Origin: Octopus bimaculoides
Taxonomy: Eukaryota
Assembly: GCF_001194135.2 (NCBI RefSeq)
Contig: NC_068994.1
Span: 59,698,088-59,762,087 of the forward strand
Length of the DNA stretch: 64,000 nt
Direction: 5' to 3'
Below the pieces are notes generated by a model. It saw only the letters and a list, made by a program, of their open reading frames with translations. It was not told the origin of the DNA and did no database searches. Every line of letters starts with the position of its first letter. Within the stretch, counting starts at the first letter, position 1. Shown piece by piece: positions 12,406 to 25,772 of the stretch. A program made the position numbers and the translations under genes.

Positions 12406-13758
12406 CTTCTCTCACATCTGCTCTCCATGCTGACATCTAAGTACTTGTGTGCTTTTGTCAGCTGTTGGGTGAGGGTTGTTGTACAAAGAGGTGTTGTAAA
12501 AAAACTGTAACCTTGCAAATTTACAATCCTCACTTAATGCCACAGCAAAGACTCTAAGTTTTCTCTGGGAAGTGGTTCTGATAAATGTCGTTGTGTTATC
12601 CTGGCTCTTCTGTTCATTAACTCTCGGCCCCTAAATGGTAGAAAATACTCAAAGGAAGCGAGATTTGCATAGATTTTTGCTGTTGTTTAGAGAATGGATG
12701 TTGTGAGTGACTAAAAGGTGTGTGTGTGTGTTAGTCATAGGGTGTCACTGATAATATTTCTCTGTTAGCCAAGCAGCCCAACCAGTGTGTCCCTTAACCT
12801 GTTGACAGAATTTTAGGGTTGACTTTAACATGCTACCCTATTCGATGTTGGTACAGATTGGCAGTTAATTAAATTGATCCCTGAAATATATAAGGTATAC
12901 CTAACCTCAGTTGACCTTTTAACTTTTAACCCAAATTAATCCCCTTTTGAGATTTATTAAAAAAAATTACCAGTATTAGAAAAACTGAAGCAGTAGGGGG
13001 AGAAGTGGGGGTGGGGTTAGTGAACTGACAAAAATAAATAAATAAATACATGGGAAGCTTCTAAAATCTGATTAATTATCATGTGTAGTGATAATCGAAT
13101 CTGTGAGAATCAAAACAAATCATCCCTAACATATTCATTCTGAATATGTTAGGTCTGATTTGTATGTGAATATGCTAATGATGACTGTTGTATTTAGTCT
13201 TCAGAGAACACCTCCTTTCTGACATCTGACATAATATGAGATGTTCTCTGAGGGTGCAACAAGGATTAAACATAATCACATTCAAATCTGATGTATTAAG
13301 TATGTCATTAGTAAACATTTAATGTTTCCTTAAGCTTTCTAGAAACGAATTTATGGTAAAATAGTATTTCTTCCATGAATTTTCATGATGTCAAGTTTAA
13401 AGAAGTTGTCAAAGAAGGAATGGTGAACACTGACTAAATCTTAAACCATTTTGTCCAAAATAGATGCAAACCATTTTATTTGAGGTTAAGGTGGGGAAAG
13501 GGTGAAAAGGGTGTATAAAATACATTTTTTTCTTTTTAAAGGGAAACAGAAAGATTTGTTGCCAAAGTGAAGACCTTTCCAAACAAGCCTTTAGGGAGCA
13601 GTTGTTTTAGTTTAGAGGATACGATGCCAAGCTATAACTACTGCTCAAGAGTGTGGCTGCCAGTGGCTAATTTAGAATTTGTAGCGAGTGCCAAAGGTTT
13701 GCTGGAAGAAACTACCTAAACATATATATATATATATATATATGTGTATATAAATATT

Positions 13759-13791
<33 letters not shown>

Positions 13792-14750
13792 ATGTATGCA
13801 TGTGTGTGTGTGTATACAGTGCATAAGTATATGTTGTGTATAAAGGTAGTAAATGTGTATTCCTATGTATGTGGTTACAGGTCAGAATAAACATGTTTTC
13901 CCATTTGTGTGTGTCTGTGTAGCTCCATACATGAACACATATCTATGTGTTTATGATATTTTGTGTGTGTGTGTGTATATAGGAGGAGAAATATATTTTG
14001 GGTGAGAATGAGAATATTTCTGTTAACTTTTGTGTGATTGTATTTCTTCAATCCACCCGTGTTTGTTAGGGTGGTGTTGAGGATGAGATGATATGGTAGA
14101 AAGAGGAACTACCAAATCTTGCTCCCCACCCCAACCCTAGTTTCACTTTCCCTTCCATTGCTATGATGATATAAGGCTTTAATTTAATTATAGAAATATA
14201 AAAGGATTTTTTAAAATATCAAATGGCTCTGAGGGTCCTTGTGAGTAAAACAAGAATCAAAGGGGTCCATAGACAAAAAGGGGTTCAGGGCCCAGTGTTG
14301 TACTTCATTAATTGCTGCTTTATGTCCTTCTCTTGTTTAGTCTTTTCTCACAAGTTGCGTCTGATGATCCCAGTGCAACCCTAACCCCTTCTGGCTCTTT
14401 TTATTCTGAATTGAAATTCTGCTGGGGTCAACTTTGCTTTCCATCCTCTCGATAAAATAGAGGACCAGTCAAGTACTGGTATTGATTGTATCGACTAACC
14501 CTGCTACCCTCAAATTTGTGTGTAAATCAGAAACCATCAGAAACCAAACCAAAATCTGAAGCATTTGTTGGACGTCCAATGAAATCTCAAAGGACCATTT
14601 AAACCCCTTTCCTACCCCTTCAACTCTTCATTTTATTCTTTGTAGTCCTTTTTTAATGGCACAACACTCCTGCATCTTGGTTCCATCTGAACAGTAATTT
14701 CCCACTTAAGAACGGCTGCTCCTTGATGTCACAACAATTGACTTTTCTCT

Positions 14751-14797
<47 letters not shown>

Positions 14798-15392
14798 ATA
14801 AACCCCACACCCTCATGTTTCCATTCGCTTGTTCCCCTCCCACACAAATACGATGCGTTGTTTACATCTAAGTATTTGGATGGGAGGTTTCCTACCTGTG
14901 TTAGGTATACACCCTGTTATGTCAATATGACCCAGATTCCAATATGGCAGAGGATCAATTACCACAACCTTCTTGTTTCACTATCACCATTGCATTATTA
15001 TGTCATTCAAGACCTGATCACCCTCTCCACCCTCACACTTCCTTGATTCTTTCAAAACATGACCAATATTAGCCTACAACCCAATGCATTCTTCTTCTCT
15101 ATTGGAAACCCCCCCTCCTCTTCTTCCACTTCCATTCTACCATTATTCACTATGCTACTACTACTATAAACACATGTACATTTGTTTTCATGCATTCTCT
15201 CCCTTCTGCTCCATCTTTCTATCTTGACAAAGAGCAAGCTGTCCAAAACATCAATACACCTTCCTTTCCTTCACACTCAAATATATTGACTTGGTACAGT
15301 TTCATTCTTTGTTTTATATGTTGTGTACTTTTTTAGTTTTTGACTGTAAACATCCTACACACACACACACACACACATGTATACGTACCCAA

Positions 15393-15442
<50 letters not shown>

Positions 15443-15749
15443 ATGTATGTATATAAACCTACTCTAACAACAGACATACACACATACACATGTATATGTA
15501 CCCAACTATATATATAAATATATATATGTATGTATGTATATATGTATGTATGTATGTATGTATATAAACATACACTAACGACAACTATACACACACACAC
15601 GCAATCACTCATCAAACTAAATGGATTTTTTACTGTTCAATAAACTGTTGCCCTTCCTTTTTGGAAACTGGTCATATGTCGAGGTTAACAGAAATGTCAA
15701 ATGTGCAAATAAGTGAGTTGCCTGTGTGCGTGTGTGTGCCAGTGTGTGC

Positions 15750-15806
<57 letters not shown>

Positions 15807-18026
15807 ACAGTAGTGACTTTCAGAGAGATTGAAATCTATGCGAGTAGAAAAATTCCAAGTGTCCAAAGATCTTTGAAAACGACACGACACACAAACGCAT
15901 ACATATAGACACACAGACACTCACACACAGTCACATTAACATACTTATTAACACAACCATACAAATACTAACATATATACATACACAAGACTGCACACTA
16001 ACATACACATACAGTGACAGCAACACACATACACAAACACACATAAAAGCACCCCCACACAAACACAAATGGACCCCTCTGCCTACCCTTTCTACTTAGT
16101 GGACTGGCTAAGCGAGAGAAACTCACTCCAACCGATCGACTTCAATATTTATACTCCTGGAAGGAGTGAACCTTCCACGATAATATCTTTATTGAATTCT
16201 CTTTTTCTTAAATGTAATAGTAAATATGCACTCACACACACACACACAAATTCTCTTTCTCTCTCTCTTTCTCCCTGTTNNNNNNNNNNNNNNNNNNNNN
16301 NNNNNNNNNNNNNNNNNNTATATATATATATATATATGTCTGTTCCTTCCATTCATACTTTAACCTCACTTAAACTCCTCCCTCTCTCTCCCCTCTCATT
16401 CTCACTCTAATTTCATTTTCAATCATGAAGATCATCGAAGCTGCTGCTGCTGCCCCCTCCCCACCAAAACACCCATCACACTCAGTAAAGTGGTTGGTTA
16501 ATTGAGCAGAGACAACTCAGAGTTGAGCCGAGACTCTTTAGACAGCCTCTCTAGTGACCGGTGCCATGAAAGTGGGGAGCCAGTAACATCAGTAAACTGG
16601 TTGGTGCCAAGAAAGATGTCTGGCTTTTAAAACTTTGCCAAAACAGACTTTGGAGCAAGTTGTCCTCTAGTCCATTGTTTCTTGTCAGTCTAACCCATGC
16701 CAGCATGGAATGTAGACATAAAATGATAATGTGTGAGAGAAAGAAAGAGACTCATTAGTTTATACTGTGTACTAATATCTCTAATATGTCTAAGGCACAA
16801 GCATGCATATCATCATCATTGACAACATTGTTTTAAGGTACAGTTTTCCACACTGACATGGGTCAGATGAAATTCATTAAACAGATTTTCTATGGCTGAA
16901 TGCTCTTCCTGTCACTAACTCTCACCTGTCTCCAAGCAAGGAAATATTTTGAATGCAAACAGCACAATGGTTAGACATGTGGGCATGAACAGATTGCTTA
17001 CATGAGAGTGGTACTCCTTTACAACTATTACATGATATGAACACACACACACACACACACACATATGTATATCTGCATATGAAAGAGAGAGAATGATGTT
17101 CAATGTAAAACTCTGCTGTGCTAATTGCCTTCCAATTGATCAGTCACATGATCCAGAATATCTGGTCAAACTAGCTGACCCATATAACACCAATCCATAC
17201 AGTATTGATTGCATTTTATGCTTGCTTCACTTTCATCCTTGACTGCATCAAATGTCCACTTGTCCATAGTTTGACCAAATTATGTGGACTTTATTACACT
17301 CAGTTCCTTTAACACTGACCACTGAGTTAAACCATGGCATCACCAACAACATTTTACTTTTATTTTGTGTGTTTAGCGATTATTGGTGTGTGAAGGAGCT
17401 TAGTTGGAAGCAGTTACTCAGCATACAAACAGTATATATTACATGTGTGCATGTTGTACAGCAGGTGTGTGTGTGTGTGTGTGCATTAACAAAAGTGAAA
17501 GCATTCCAGCTGGGATCTTGTCCCTTTTTCAAATTCAAATTCCGAATGAATACATAAGAAAATAAATAAGCAATCGATATGAATCAAAATAAAGCATTTA
17601 TGAAGAATTACCTGCAGACACATTTTTGGGGCCATTTGTGGTCCATCTCTCTCTGGCATTATCTGAGTTTTGGAAGTTCTCTATCAGTGGACTTAAAATG
17701 TCCTTTCAACAATCAACAATTGGCACAACAAAGGGTTCGTCACAGATGGAACACATTGGTTCTCATCATGAAGAAAAAAAATCTCTGAATCCATATAAAA
17801 CAAAATGGTCACATTTGAAGAATTTGAAAAATAAACCAAAAAGCTGGGTTGATCATGGATGGGAGACTTTCATTCTTATGAATGTTTGATAAGTTCAGAA
17901 ATATATTATGTTTCCTGACCATTTTGAAATTTGCATATTGTTAGCTCCAAGTGAACCAGACTGGTTTGTTTTAATTTTGTAGAATTATTATTTCGAGTGA
18001 TAAAGAATAACTAACAAATAAAAATA

Positions 18027-18068
<42 letters not shown>

Positions 18069-18604
18069 AAAAGACTACTGCACTCCTCTGACACAACTGC
18101 ATGTTAATGTTTAGACAACTGGGTTTCTAACTGTCGCATTGTCTGTGTTCCCAATCAATATTTTATATCTTCTCTGTGTCTGAACTTCACAGGACTGTTT
18201 GGCTCAAAAATATATTCATTTTTTTCTTTTTTTTTTCACTGTTGCAAGAAATTTCATTTTAACAAGACTCATTTAGAATTTTGGCTGACACTAAAAAAAA
18301 TATTTCTTTAATTGAAAAATTCATTCTATTGCTACTCATTACAAATGAATTTCCCTTGTTTCTCTCTTTCGAAAGACAAGCAGACACAAGGGGCTGCAGG
18401 GTACCAAATTCTGCTAATTTTTTAGTTGACTTGGAGCCTTAGTGGAAGACATTTGTTCAAGGTAGCAGACAGTGGGATTGAAACTGGAATGCTGTGGCTA
18501 CAAATTGGATCTTCTGAAACACACACCTATGCCTGTGTCTCTCTGTACCATACAGAAAGTACTTGGGGGAGAGAGCGGAATTGACAATGTTCATTTCCCT
18601 CAAC

Positions 18605-18810
18605 AATCATCATCATTTAACGTCCATTTTCCACGCTGGCATGGGTTGGACTATCTGATAGGAACTAGCAAGGCCAGGAACCACACCAGGTTCCATTGTC
18701 TGTTCTGGCATGGTTTCTACAGCTGGATGCCTTTCCTAATGCCAACCACTTTATAGAGTGCACTGGATGCTTTCTATGTGAACCCATCATCAGTACTTTT
18801 TACGTGGCCC
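18605..18810 (-). mobile_element. RTE-tailed short retroposon
   Basis: catcatttaacgtccattttccacgctggcatgggttgg...ttctacagctggatgcctttcctaatgccaaccac. Confidence 0.8.
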
Positions 18811-19619
18811 CTTGATTTTAGGAGATCAATCTTATTGTGGTGGGTGGCTCTTAGGAATTTAGAACTTTAAGATTCTGTAAGAAATCTTTATTTTTCTCAC
18901 CTGCAGCACCAGGTAAAACATTTTCCTCTCTCTGTGTCATCTTCTATATCTTTGTTGTTATTATGTTCCCTGTTGTCAGTTTATAAACTGACATAGAAAC
19001 TGTTCTTATTTAATTGCTTAGTTTTATAATGATTATAATTGGCCTCTTTGCATTCAAATATTTTCTTCTATGTTCTTTATAAAATTTCCTACTGCTCTTG
19101 ATAAAAGAAAAATTGTAAAACAAGCATCATCGTCATCATCATCATACAAGCAGGGTCTTTCATTTCCAATCTTCCATAAAATTGTATTTGACCATGGAGA
19201 AATATTACCTTGCTTGGGAACAGGTGAGAACTGGCAACATGAAGGGCATCTGGCCATAGATAATCTACCTCCACAAAATCTAACTCATGCAGGCATTTAA
19301 AAGTAGATGATGATGATGATGATGATGATGATGAGTTTCAATTTGTGCCCCCACATGATTTTATCTGTCAACTCCTTCTATGTACAAAGAGTTATTATTT
19401 TCTTTAATTACTGTTAATTTTCTTTAATTACTGATTAATTTCTATAGACATATTTCAAAGTATGGTAGCTTCATTCCCTTCAGTGACTCAATTCTCTGTT
19501 ATCATTTGTTGGTCTCCATCTGAATGTGTGTAGATAAATCTTTTAATGACTATATATATAGTAACCTATTCAGTTATCGAAGTGTATATATATTTCTAAC
19601 ATTACTTCAACTAGTCAGC

Positions 19620-20010
19620 ATCACACAAACTGTCTGTTCGTCCTTTTAGATTTCACTTGATAAACTATTTTCGTCTTCTTTGCAGATTTACATCCTGTCT
19701 AATCTTACCGGGTTGTCTCAAAGACATTTCTCTTGCTCTCTTATCTCTCTCAAACAATCTTAATCTTGTCAAGTGTTTTATTGACTTATTGTTTCCATTT
19801 TGGATCTTTCTTTCGTAATGTCTAATCGAAATAATTATGTTGAAATCTTCCACTATTTTCCTTACCTACTCATCGACCTTTGTCACACGACACATCCTAA
19901 CAGACAATTATTTCACCTGAATGTATGGCTTGATTCTTTTCATACCTGTCTTCTTAACTTACTATATACCTTTGCTAGAGTGAGTTATTAAAGTTTTGGG
20001 AAAGAATTCA
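19620..20010 (-). mobile_element. Possible highly decayed LINE reverse transcriptase C-terminal fragment
   Basis: RMCRVTKVDE*VRKIVEDFNIIISIR...KHLTRL weakly echoes the RTE RMxxVT...GHxxR motif; many stops. Confidence 0.25.
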
Positions 20011-20878
20011 CTTAAAGACTCCACTTTGACTCCCAATTTAAATGGTTTCAGTAATGAATTAATACCTTCACAAAATTGTTTCATTTCCCAAGGTTTAGTA
20101 TTTAAGAAATTGTTGTTCCTTTTGTCCAGAGTATGGCTGCAAACTACTCCTCATCCCCCCGCCCCGCCAGTTGTGTAGGTCTGGACATGGCTCCATCATC
20201 TTATCCTTTCAAATCCTCTTTAGTCAACATCACCCTGAACACTTGTAAGTCTTTTCTATGAGGGTTTTTAAGGTCCCAGGTTTGAGCCAGACCCATGACT
20301 AGATCCTGCTTCCCACTGGCATCAAAAACAATAGCAAAGTTTGCAATAATTAAAAGAACTCCGGCTCTCTTAGCTTTTGTTTTTTGCTACTTTTAGAAAA
20401 TATTAAGCATGGATCTACTTTAATCAATGGCATTCCAGCCATGATCACCTCGTCTTTTTTCACCCAGTGTCTCTAGAACTACCTGGCATGGCAGCCAGTC
20501 AATATATGAAGTAATTGGTGCAACGGAAATAGTAGGAAGTGGGTTAATATAATTGAGGGTTAACAATTTCCACAGAGATTTTAGATCAGTTAATATGTTT
20601 AGACATTGTCTGATAGACATAGGTTTGATTCCGTTTTAGTTTTCTGAGGTTTGATAACACATCAGGGTCAGGTGAATGACAAAAATCTCCAACAAAACTT
20701 TGCATTGAGTCACTGCTGCTGGAATCTTTTGCTCAGGTAAAAACACTGAAAACTCCCTCCTGTTACCTGGCATTTGTTATTGTTTTCTTGTCTTTTGTTG
20801 TTGTTGTTGTCAAGTCTGTTGTCATTGATTATAAAAGTCTGTCGTCTGTGTCCATTGTCGACTACAACACACTATATT

Positions 20879-21090
20879 GCCTATAACCTGTTGTTGCTTA
20901 CAACCTGATGTTGCCTATAGTCTGCTGCTGCCTATAACCTGTAGCTACGTTTGACCTGGAGTTGTCTTTAACCTATTCTTGCCTCTGCTCTATAGCTGCC
21001 TATAACCTGTTGCTGCCTATAGCTTGATATTGCCTATAACCTGTTGCTGCCTATAGCTTGATATTGCCTATAACCTGTTGTTGTTTACAG
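20879..21090. repeat. 17-bp minisatellite, about 12 units, consensus GCCTATAACCTGTTGCT
   Basis: Unit starts at 20879, 20896, 20913, 20930 ... 21066 with exact 17-bp period. Confidence 0.9.
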
Positions 21091-21246
21091 TTAGTCGTTT
21101 CTCTCCTTTGCTTCACACTGTTGTTTTCCAGTTGTAAGTGCAGCAGCTGCTGGTTTAGTAGCAGAACTAATGAATGCACCATTAGCATTGTTGCAACTAG
21201 CTGTTAGTCTTTGCAGTCAGGACTGCTGTGCAGACTATTACTGGCA

Positions 21247-21256
21247 CCAGCAGCAA

Positions 21257-21288
<32 letters not shown>

Positions 21289-21303
21289 ACAGCAGCAGCA
21301 GCA
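21247..21303. repeat. CAG/CAA trinucleotide repeat, followed by a (GGT)n tract near 21395-21442
   Basis: Directly visible. Confidence 0.9.
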
Positions 21304-21636
21304 ATGCCAGATCTGCTTCCATCGTTGTCTGTAGAGGTGGTTGTTGTTGGTAGTGTTTAGGCAGTGGTTTTGTATTGGTGATTGTGGTTATGGAGAGGTG
21401 GTGGTGGTGGTGGTGGTGGTGGTGGTGGTGGTGGTGGTGGTGAAGGTAATTGTTAAGATAGTTCGGAGGCCACAACAATATTTTTCACTTAATTTTCCCC
21501 AACCATTTGCCTGACATAAGTTTTGGGTATTTACACTGATGTCAACAAAAAGATCAGCCTTTCCATCAAAATAAACACACACACACACACACAAATATAT
21601 ATATGTTGCCACAAATATACACACATATACCATGCT

Positions 21637-21637
21637 T

Positions 21638-21682
<45 letters not shown>

Positions 21683-21725
21683 CTAGATAGGCAGGCAGGC
21701 AGGCAGGCAGACAGACAGATAGGTA
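21637..21725. repeat. Compound tetranucleotide microsatellite (GATA)n(GGCA)n(GACA)n
   Basis: Directly visible. Confidence 0.9.
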
Positions 21726-22382
21726 GATGAAATAGTGATATTATTTCCCTAGTCAACAAATTACCCAGTGGCTTTGTGCCTTTGGAGTCATGTGAAATAA
21801 GAAATCTGTTACTTCAGAACAGGTGAGGGTTAGTGACAGGAAGAGCTTCCAGTTGTAAAACAGTGCCTCAAATATATTCATCAAACCCATGCAGGCATGG
21901 TAAGACAGAAGTAAAGCAAGTGAACAAATTGACACAGAGAGATAGAGAAAGGGAGATTGAATTTAACTTTTGAAAATACTGCTTACAATATTGTATACCA
22001 ATCTAATAGTAATATATATAAAGAGAGGGGGGAGAGGGGAGAGATATACAATGCAAGCATCAAGGAATGGTTTACATTGTAAACAACTGTTTATGAATAA
22101 AGAGTAAGAGTAAGCTGACTGACAGGAAACTGCAGGAAACTGCACCCCTTTCTTCCCCAGGTAAACATGCTACTATTTACACTACAGATATCCCACAACT
22201 AACCCCACTCAAATCTTAATAGACCTGTCCTAGTAGCAGCACAAATTGATAATAAATGTATTCACCGGAAAATAAAATGTTGCTGTTATTGTTTTTTTTT
22301 GTTCTTTTTCTTTTACATGGAATGTTTTTTTTTTTTTGTTTTTTTTAATAAATTCAATCTGTTGTTTCACCAAAATGTGAAG

Positions 22383-22457
22383 ATGGCGCTGCAGCGAGTG
22401 TCAGAGGAGAAACAAGAAAGTGAAACAAACTTCTCATATTCTGCCACACAGATCGGT
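22383..22457 (+). other. Candidate 75-nt exon beginning at ATG (MALQRVSEEKQESETNFSYSATQIG), unverified
   Basis: AAGATGGCG start context, locally raised GC and CpG, GGT|GTAAGG donor. No homology recognised. Confidence 0.25.
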
Positions 22458-22532
22458 GTAAGGCTGTATCTATGTATATGCATGTGTGTTTATAGATATA
22501 TGTGTAAGTGCATGCATGGCTGTATGGCTGAA

Positions 22533-22686
22533 TGGTTGGCGTTAGGAAGGGCATCCAGCTGTAGAAGCTCTGCCAAATTAGACTGGAGCCTGGTGTTGCC
22601 ATCCGGTTTCACCAGTCCTCAGTCAAATCGTCCAACCCATGCTAGCATGGAAAGCGGACGTTAAACGATGATGATGATGATGATGA
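22533..22686 (+). mobile_element. RTE-tailed short retroposon, young subfamily
   Basis: Reverse complement of the 5239 copy with very few differences; ends gcggacgttaaac(gat)n. Confidence 0.9.
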
Positions 22687-22730
22687 TATATATATATATA
22701 TAAATAAGCATAGGGTTACATAAATGTGTA

Positions 22731-22765
<35 letters not shown>

Positions 22766-25641
22766 AAGCACAGTTTTGCAGAGCAAGTTGTGATCATAAA
22801 TCAAAAATTTTTAAATCGTGAGACACTTTAGTAATGAATTTGTGATTTGTTAGGAATGGTGTTACCAAATAAATACTAGTTAATTAGTCAGAGTGGTAAT
22901 ATTATTGAGTTGACTTTTGAATGTGGTCCTCCATCCTAGGAACTCTCCAATAACTGTAACTGGTAAAACAGGAATGGTTCAGTTGATTTGACAGCCTTTG
23001 AATATTTGAATTCAAAGAAGAATCCTTTGGTTGATTGACCCCAAAACTATGGAAGGGGGTGATTGTTGTTGTTGGTGGTGTCATTGTCATATAGCCTCAG
23101 GTCTGTTCTGATCTCAGCATAATTCTACAAATCGTTAGGGTTCTGAGATGTTAATCAAAAGCTGAGAATTAAATAAATTCTTATAAATCTGTTCCAAACA
23201 AAACATAAACTGATATGACGAAAATATACTAAAGCCTGCCCAGCCCCACATCAAAGAAAGACAAGATGTAAACCATTGCAATGACATGCACCATTCTGTA
23301 GGCTAGTGAGCATGTAATCCTCATTGATAACATGGATTACAAGATCCATATTTACAGATCAATATTGTGCTGATTTACTTCAGTCTTTGCAGCAATCAAT
23401 CCATGGAAAGTAGCAAGGAAACTTATTGACTATCTTCTTCACAGGATCCTGTTTGTGATTCTACAGCAATGCTTGGAAAATCAGCCAACATTGCAACATT
23501 GGGAATTTCCATCAGAGACGGAGCCATTCAATTGACCCTCTTCCTCACAACAACACTTGTAATCTGTTGCCATTGTGAAAGACCCTGTCTACTGGGTGTT
23601 GCTTCATGCTATCAGTTAAGTGGTAAAGTCGTTTTGCATAAATTAACATAAATTAACAGACACAACATAATTCCAGCAGAAACTTGTATTGAGTACTTTT
23701 GCAGTCTCCAGAGATTGTAAATGAAAACCTTTGATTAACACTGTGCAATTTTCAACTTCCAGTCTATCCCGTGTATTATTGTATAATGTCTGTCTGTCTG
23801 TCTTTCTCTCTCTCTTTCTATAAATATATATATATGTGTGTGTGTATGTGTGTGTGTGTGTGTGTGTGTGCACGTATACAACAATCTCATCAGTCTTGTA
23901 AGATTTTCAAATCTCATGGCCACAGAAACCGTCACTAAAAAAGAAAACATCAGCTTTAATCAAACTGGATTACGATGAAAGCAGCTCCAGCCATGACCAC
24001 CTCATCATTTTTCAGTCAAAGTGTATCCTGGACTGCATTATCCAGTGTGTTCAATCTTCAGGCATTGGTGTGAGGTTTAAGGGACATTCATTTGGCTGCT
24101 ATTTCCATGTGGTTGAGCAACCCCCATATAAGGACCTCATTATTGTAGCTGCTGCAGTTAAGAAGAGAATTACATTCATTGCCCTTACTGTTGTTGTTTA
24201 GCCCCAGGCTGGCTGTGACTGAGCCGATCTGTAATCAAATAAATCTGGCTCTGGCCACTGTGTTGCTAATTTTTTTGAGGGTTTACCTGGGAGAGGTGGA
24301 ACATGAGGGACATCTGGTTGCTTTCTCTAACAGTTAAAGTAACATTGTAAAAGCTCCCACATGTTGTTGTTGATACCATGGTGGTGGTGGCAGTGGTGGT
24401 GGTGGTGGTGGCGNNNNNNNNNNNNNNNNNNNNNNNNNNNNNNNNNNNNNNNNNNNNNNNNNNNNNNNNNNNNNNNNNNNNNNNNNNNNNNNNNNNNNNN
24501 NNNNNNNNNNNNNNNNNNNNNNNNNNNNNNNNNNNNNNNNNNNNNNNNNNNNNNNNNNNNNNNNNNNNNNNNNNNNNNNNNNNNNNNNNNNNNNNNNNNN
24601 NNNNNNNNNNNNNNNNNNNNNNNNNNNNNNNNNNNNNNNNNNNNNNNNNNNNNNNNNNNNNNNNNNNNNNNNNNNNNNNNNNNNNNNNNNNNNNNNNNNN
24701 NNNNNNNNNNNNNNNNNNNNNNNNNNNNNNNNNNNNNNNNNNNNNNNNNNNNNNNNNNNNNNNNNNNNNNNNNNNNNNNNNNNNNNNNNNNNNNNNNNNN
24801 NNNNNNNNNNNNNNNNNNNNNNNNNNNNNNNNNNNNNNNNNNNNNNNNNNNNNNNNNNNNNNNNNNNNNNNNNNNNNNNNNNNNNNNNNNNNNNNNNNNN
24901 NNNNNNNNNNNNNNNNNNNNNNNNNNNNNNNNNNNNNNNNNNNNNNNNNNNNNNNNNNNNNNNNNNNNNNNNNNNNNNNNNNNNNNNNNNNNNNNNNNNN
25001 NNNNNNNNNNNNNNNNNNNNNNNNNNNNNNNNNNNNNNNNNNNNNNNNNNNNNNNNNNNNNNNNNNNNNNNNNNNNNNNNNNNNNNNNNNNNNNNNNNNN
25101 NNNNNNNNNNNNNNNNNNNNNNNNNNNNNNNNNNNNNNNNNNNNNNNNNNNNNNNNNNNNNNNNNNNNNGAGAATGAACAAGATATTGATTATGGTAATA
25201 GTGATTAGAACAAGGATTACGAGGGTGATGATGATGATGATGATTATCATGGCTATGCTGTCAGCTTATAGTAATGATGATGATGATCACTAAGATGGTA
25301 ATAATCAATCAATGGACTGATTATGATGGTAACAATGATAATGATGATGGTTTTGCTGTTGTTGTTGTCGTTGGTTACGGTGATTATTATGATGGTGGTT
25401 GTGAGCAATCAGCAAACTGGTGGCGGTGGGAGTGAGTGCGGTCACATCCAATCGGATTAGTGTTGAACAGCTTCACAGAGAGGATTTAACCTAATTAGGG
25501 ATCTGAACCAATGCTTTGGCTGATGGGCAAATCCACAGGCAATGTAGAACAACAACAACAACAGCAACAACAACAGCTAACACAAAGAGACTTACACAAA
25601 CAACTGCAATAACTGTTGGGGGGGGGATGTTAACGGCTGCA

Positions 25642-25672
<31 letters not shown>

Positions 25673-25772
25673 CGAATGGATAGATGGACCTGCAGCTGTT
25701 TCAATGTATATTTGTAAATACATATACATATTATGTACATGTACATCAACAACAACAACAACAACAACACGG

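Noticed and set aside
18885-18916. 6-nt microexon (ctgcag|CACCAG|gtaaaa)
   Set aside because: The donor is weak, and the same bases read equally well as a minus-strand donor.
21215-21330. CAG/CAA tract as a polyQ coding exon
   Set aside because: The Q frame stops after CQICFHRCL and there is no donor. Similar trinucleotide tracts are scattered through the window.
23880-23915. Minus-strand GAAA...CTGATGA as a hammerhead
   Set aside because: Spacing is too short for two stems and stem II does not pair.
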